From contig JACPVT010000215.1 in the NCBI GenBank assembly GCA_016191685.1, forward strand, positions 17,134-81,133: 64,000 nucleotides of DNA. The letters are read 5' to 3'. The position numbers were made by a program, and so were the translations under genes. Under the pieces are notes generated by a model, which did not search any database, was not told where the DNA came from, and saw nothing but the letters and a program-made list of their open reading frames with translations. Numbering within the stretch: position 1 is the first letter of the stretch; every line of letters starts with the position of its first letter. The stretch is from Rhodospirillales bacterium (GTDB lineage: Bacteria; Pseudomonadota; Alphaproteobacteria; Reyranellales; Reyranellaceae). Positions 60,761 to 64,000 of the stretch are shown piece after piece.

Positions 60761-60955
60761 ATGGACAGGCAGACGATGGACAAATCGACGGTGGAATTGC
60801 TGGCGCGCCGCGCCGGCCTCGACAAGGCCCTGGCCGATCATCCCGAGGATGTCGCCGCCGCGGCGGCGCAGGCAGCTGTCGCCCGGCGGATCAAGGCGCC
60901 GGCCGATCCGCGGGCCGAACCCTGGCCGCCGATGCGCGCGGGAGACGGCCTGTGA
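60761..60955 (+). CDS. Small hypothetical protein upstream of amidase
   Basis: 64 aa, LARRAGLDKA...AEPWPPM; fills the gap between NHL and amidase genes. Confidence 0.65.
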   Translation: MDRQTMDKSTVELLARRAGLDKALADHPEDVAAAAAQAAVARRIKAPADPRAEPWPPMRAGDGL

Positions 60956-60965
60956 GGAGCGGGAC

Positions 60966-62360
60966 ATGAGCGACCTGCACTGGATGACGGCCGCCGCGGC
61001 GGCCAGGGCGATCGCTACCAGGGAACTCTCGCCGGTCGATCTGATGTCGGCGCTGCTCGCCCGTATCGAGCGGCTCGATCCCAAACTCAACGCTTTCATT
61101 CGTCTCGATGGCGAGGCGGCGATGGCGGCGGCGCGAACGGCCGAGGCCGAGGTCGCGGCCGGTCGCCTCCGCGGGCCGCTGCATGGCGTGCCGGTGGGCA
61201 TCAAGGACATCATCGACGTCGCCGGCCTGCCCACGACCTGCCATTCGAAGATCCTGCAGGACAGCCTGGCCGCGTCGGACGCGGTCTGCGTCGCCAAGCT
61301 GCGCGGCGCCGGCGCCATCGTGCTGGGCAAGCTCTCGACCCACGAATTCGCCATCGGCGGACCAAGCTTCGACCTGCCGTGGCCGCCGGCGCGCACTCCC
61401 TGGAACACCGATCATCACCCCGGCGGCTCGTCGTCGGGCTCCGGCTCGGGCGTGGCCGCCGGCCTGTTTCCGATGGCGCTGGGCTCCGACACCGGCGGCA
61501 GCGTGCGCAATCCCGCGAGCTGCTGCGGCATCGTCGGCCTGAAGCCGACCTACGGCCTGGTCTCGCGGCGCGGCGTCTTTCCGCTCTCCTTTACCCTCGA
61601 CCATGTCGGGCCGATGACCCGCACCGTGGCCGACAACGCCCTGATGCTGGAGGTCATCGCCGGCCACGATCCCGGCGATCCCGGCAGCGCGGCGACGCCA
61701 AGGCACCGTTATGCCGCAGGCCTCGACCGCGACGTTCGCGGGTTGCGCGTGGGCTTCGTCCAGCACTTCCACCAGGTCGACATGCCGGCCGATCCCGAGG
61801 TCACGGCCGCCCTCGAGCACGTCGCGCGCACGCTGCAGCTCGAGGGCGCGGAGATCCGCGACATCCATCTGCCGACCCTGGGCGAATTCGCGGCGGTCAA
61901 CCGCGTGATCCTGCAAAGCGAGGCCTGGGCGATCCACGGTCCCTGGCTGCGCGAGCGGCCCGGCGACTACGGCCAGCTCGCGCGCCGCCGCCTGATGGCC
62001 GGCGCGTTCTTCAGTGCCGGCGACTTCGTCCAGGCGCAGCGCCGCCGCCTCGAGATGATCGCCGCCGTCGAGGAGGCGTTGCGCGACGTCGACGTGCTGC
62101 TGTGCGCCAGCTCGATGGACCCGGCCTGCCGCATCGACAGTCCGCCCGATATCGAGCGGACCTATCCGCGCCAGGCGCGCACGCCGTTCAACGTCACCGG
62201 CCATCCGGCGCTCGCCATGATGGCCGGCGTCTCGGCCGGTGGCCTGCCGCTCGCCGTCCAGTTCGTCGGCCGCAACTTTGCCGAAGCGACGCTGTTCCAG
62301 GTGGCACGCGCGTGGGAGCGCGCGGCAGGCACGGACAAGAAACACCCGGCCATCGTGTAA
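60966..62360 (+). CDS. Amidase signature family protein (GatA/AtzE-like)
   Basis: GPLHGVPVGIKD, GGSSSGS, LGSDTGGSVRNPA, GLKPTYG. Confidence 0.93.
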   Translation: MSDLHWMTAAAAARAIATRELSPVDLMSALLARIERLDPKLNAFIRLDGEAAMAAARTAEAEVAAGRLRGPLHGVPVGIKDIIDVAGLPTTCHSKILQDSLAASDAVCVAKLRGAGAIVLGKLSTHEFAIGGPSFDLPWPPARTPWNTDHHPGGSSSGSGSGVAAGLFPMALGSDTGGSVRNPASCCGIVGLKPTYGLVSRRGVFPLSFTLDHVGPMTRTVADNALMLEVIAGHDPGDPGSAATPRHRYAAGLDRDVRGLRVGFVQHFHQVDMPADPEVTAALEHVARTLQLEGAEIRDIHLPTLGEFAAVNRVILQSEAWAIHGPWLRERPGDYGQLARRRLMAGAFFSAGDFVQAQRRRLEMIAAVEEALRDVDVLLCASSMDPACRIDSPPDIERTYPRQARTPFNVTGHPALAMMAGVSAGGLPLAVQFVGRNFAEATLFQVARAWERAAGTDKKHPAIV

Positions 62361-62376
62361 CGTCCCGGCACCGCTC

Positions 62377-62814
62377 CTACGGCGTGGTCTGGGAGTGTTT
62401 GCCGCCCGGCTCTGAAATGCCCACCAGGGCCTCGCCGGCCGGCTGGGCACCGTCCACGATCGCCAGGTCGCCGAGCGACAGGATGCCGACCAGCTGCTTG
62501 TTGCGATTGACGACGGGAAGACGCCTGATCTGCTGATCGGCCATGTTTTGGGCGACGTGCTCGGTGTCCTCGTCCTCGAAGCAGTACTTCACTTCCGGGC
62601 TCATGATGTCCTGCACCAGTGTCTGCGGACCCTTGCCGCGGCCGACCGCCCGGATGGCGATGTCCCGATCGGTGATCATGCCGAGCAGCCGGTCGTCGTC
62701 GCCCACGGGCAGCACGCCGGCATCGATGTTTTCCATCATCCCGGCAACGTCGCGGATCGTCTGGTTGGGACGGGCGACATAGACGTCGCGTGTCATCAGA
62801 TCGCGTACTTTCAT
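62377..62814 (-). CDS. CBS domain protein
   Basis: MKVRDLMT, GMITDRDI, QIRRLPV, GILSLGDL. Confidence 0.9.
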   Translation of the reverse strand: MKVRDLMTRDVYVARPNQTIRDVAGMMENIDAGVLPVGDDDRLLGMITDRDIAIRAVGRGKGPQTLVQDIMSPEVKYCFEDEDTEHVAQNMADQQIRRLPVVNRNKQLVGILSLGDLAIVDGAQPAGEALVGISEPGGKHSQTTP

Positions 62815-62978
62815 CGGTTCCTCCTGTGGTGATGAGCCTCAGGGTGCCAATTTCCGATCGACCCCCCTTTGCGAACGCCCGCCGCCGCATGACGTTGCCA
62901 TGGAATGTTATCGTCGAATTAGCTCTTCTCGTCCGAGCCGTCTTGCCGGGCGGACCGGCAGGGGCGACATAGGGTCTC

Positions 62979-64000
62979 ATGAGCCCCAAACGCCAACTCC
63001 GCCTCGGCGCCTTCATGCGCCCGGTCAGCATCCACACCGCCGCCTGGCGCTATCCCGGCGGCACGCCCGATGCCAACTTCAATCTCAAGGCCCTGATCCA
63101 GTACGCCCAGACGCTTGAGCGCGGCAAATTCGACGCCTTCTTCATGGCCGATCACCTGGCCGTGCTGAACATGCCGATGGAGGCGCTGAAGCGGAGCGCC
63201 ACGGTGACGTCGTTCGATCCGCTGACGCTCCTGCCCGCACTCGCCCAGCACACCCGCCATCTTGGCCTGATCGCCACCGCGTCCACCACCTTCGAGCCGC
63301 CCTACACGATCGCGCGCCGCTTCGCCTCGCTCGACCATATCTCCGACGGCCGCGCCGGCTGGAATCTCGTGACCACGTCGAACCCCGACGCCGCCCTCAA
63401 CTTCGGCATGGACGAGCAGATGGAGCACGGCGAGCGCTATGCCCGCGCCCGCGAGTTCTACGATGTCGTGACCGGCCTGTGGGATTCATGGGCCGACGAC
63501 GCCTTCATCCGCGACGTCGAGGCGGGCCTCTACTTCGATCCCGACAAGCTCCATGTGCTCGATCACAAGGGCAAGTACCTGAAGGTGCGCGGCCCCTTGA
63601 ACATCGCGCGGCCGGTCCAGGGCTGGCCGGTGATGGTGCAGGCCGGCGCCTCCGATGCCGGCCGCCAGCTCGCCGCCGAGACGGCGGAGATGGTGTTCGC
63701 GGCAGGCGGACCGATCGAGGCCGGCCGCGCCTTCTATGCCGATGTGAAGGGACGGGCGGCGAAGATCGGCCGCAATCCCGACCACATAAAGATCCTGCCC
63801 GGCGCCTTCACCATCATCGGTGAGTCGCTCGAGGAGGCGCAGGAGAAGCGGCTGAAACTCGACAGCCTGGTGAGCTGGGACAGCGGCATCGCCGCGCTCT
63901 CGATCGCCACCGGCGTCGATGCCCGCACCTTCGATCCCGATGGACCGCTGCCCGAGATCCCCGAAACCAACCAGAGCAAGAGCGGCCGCGAGCGCGTGAT
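62979..64000 (+). CDS. LLM class flavin-dependent monooxygenase (NtaA/SnaA/DszA family), partial
   Basis: Manual translation MSPKRQLRLGAFMRP..HTAAWRYP, ERGKFDAFFMAD, ARRFASLDHIS.GRAGWN, QAGAS; runs off the window. Confidence 0.92.
   Translation, partial: MSPKRQLRLGAFMRPVSIHTAAWRYPGGTPDANFNLKALIQYAQTLERGKFDAFFMADHLAVLNMPMEALKRSATVTSFDPLTLLPALAQHTRHLGLIATASTTFEPPYTIARRFASLDHISDGRAGWNLVTTSNPDAALNFGMDEQMEHGERYARAREFYDVVTGLWDSWADDAFIRDVEAGLYFDPDKLHVLDHKGKYLKVRGPLNIARPVQGWPVMVQAGASDAGRQLAAETAEMVFAAGGPIEAGRAFYADVKGRAAKIGRNPDHIKILPGAFTIIGESLEEAQEKRLKLDSLVSWDSGIAALSIATGVDARTFDPDGPLPEIPETNQSKSGRERV

Overview
High-GC alphaproteobacterial chromosome segment (gene content and order suggest a Reyranella/Rhodospirillales-like organism; inference only). 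It is mostly housekeeping and metabolic DNA: gltD (partial), tRNA-Leu(CAG), rnd-rpoN-ptsN, an Hsp20 gene with a RpoH-like promoter and ROSE-like thermometer, trpS, murJ, the cnoX-LON_N-Trm112-DUF971 block, tandem family III CoA transferases, asd, a radical SAM + two glycosyltransferase-like gene triad, pdxY, citE-like/mch, sdhCDAB, coaA, a dispersed PHA cluster (phaR, overlapping PhaE-like/PhaC-like pair, phaA, phaB), tam, ggt, rlmI-like, and an NTF2-NHL-small protein-amidase module. I saw no prophage, transposase, integrase or CRISPR array. The main anomalies are: (1) an orphan Trp-attenuator-like element at about 15955-16093 with no sense gene downstream, pointing into a convergent flavin monooxygenase; (2) sdhB truncated and joined to a headless aapJ that also has an in-frame TAG; (3) no kdsD-lptCAB or hpf at their usual place around rpoN; (4) a membrane LytTR regulator with 21-bp-spaced direct repeats before an acyltransferase inside the PHA cluster. 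All family calls come from motif recognition by eye; no database searches were run.
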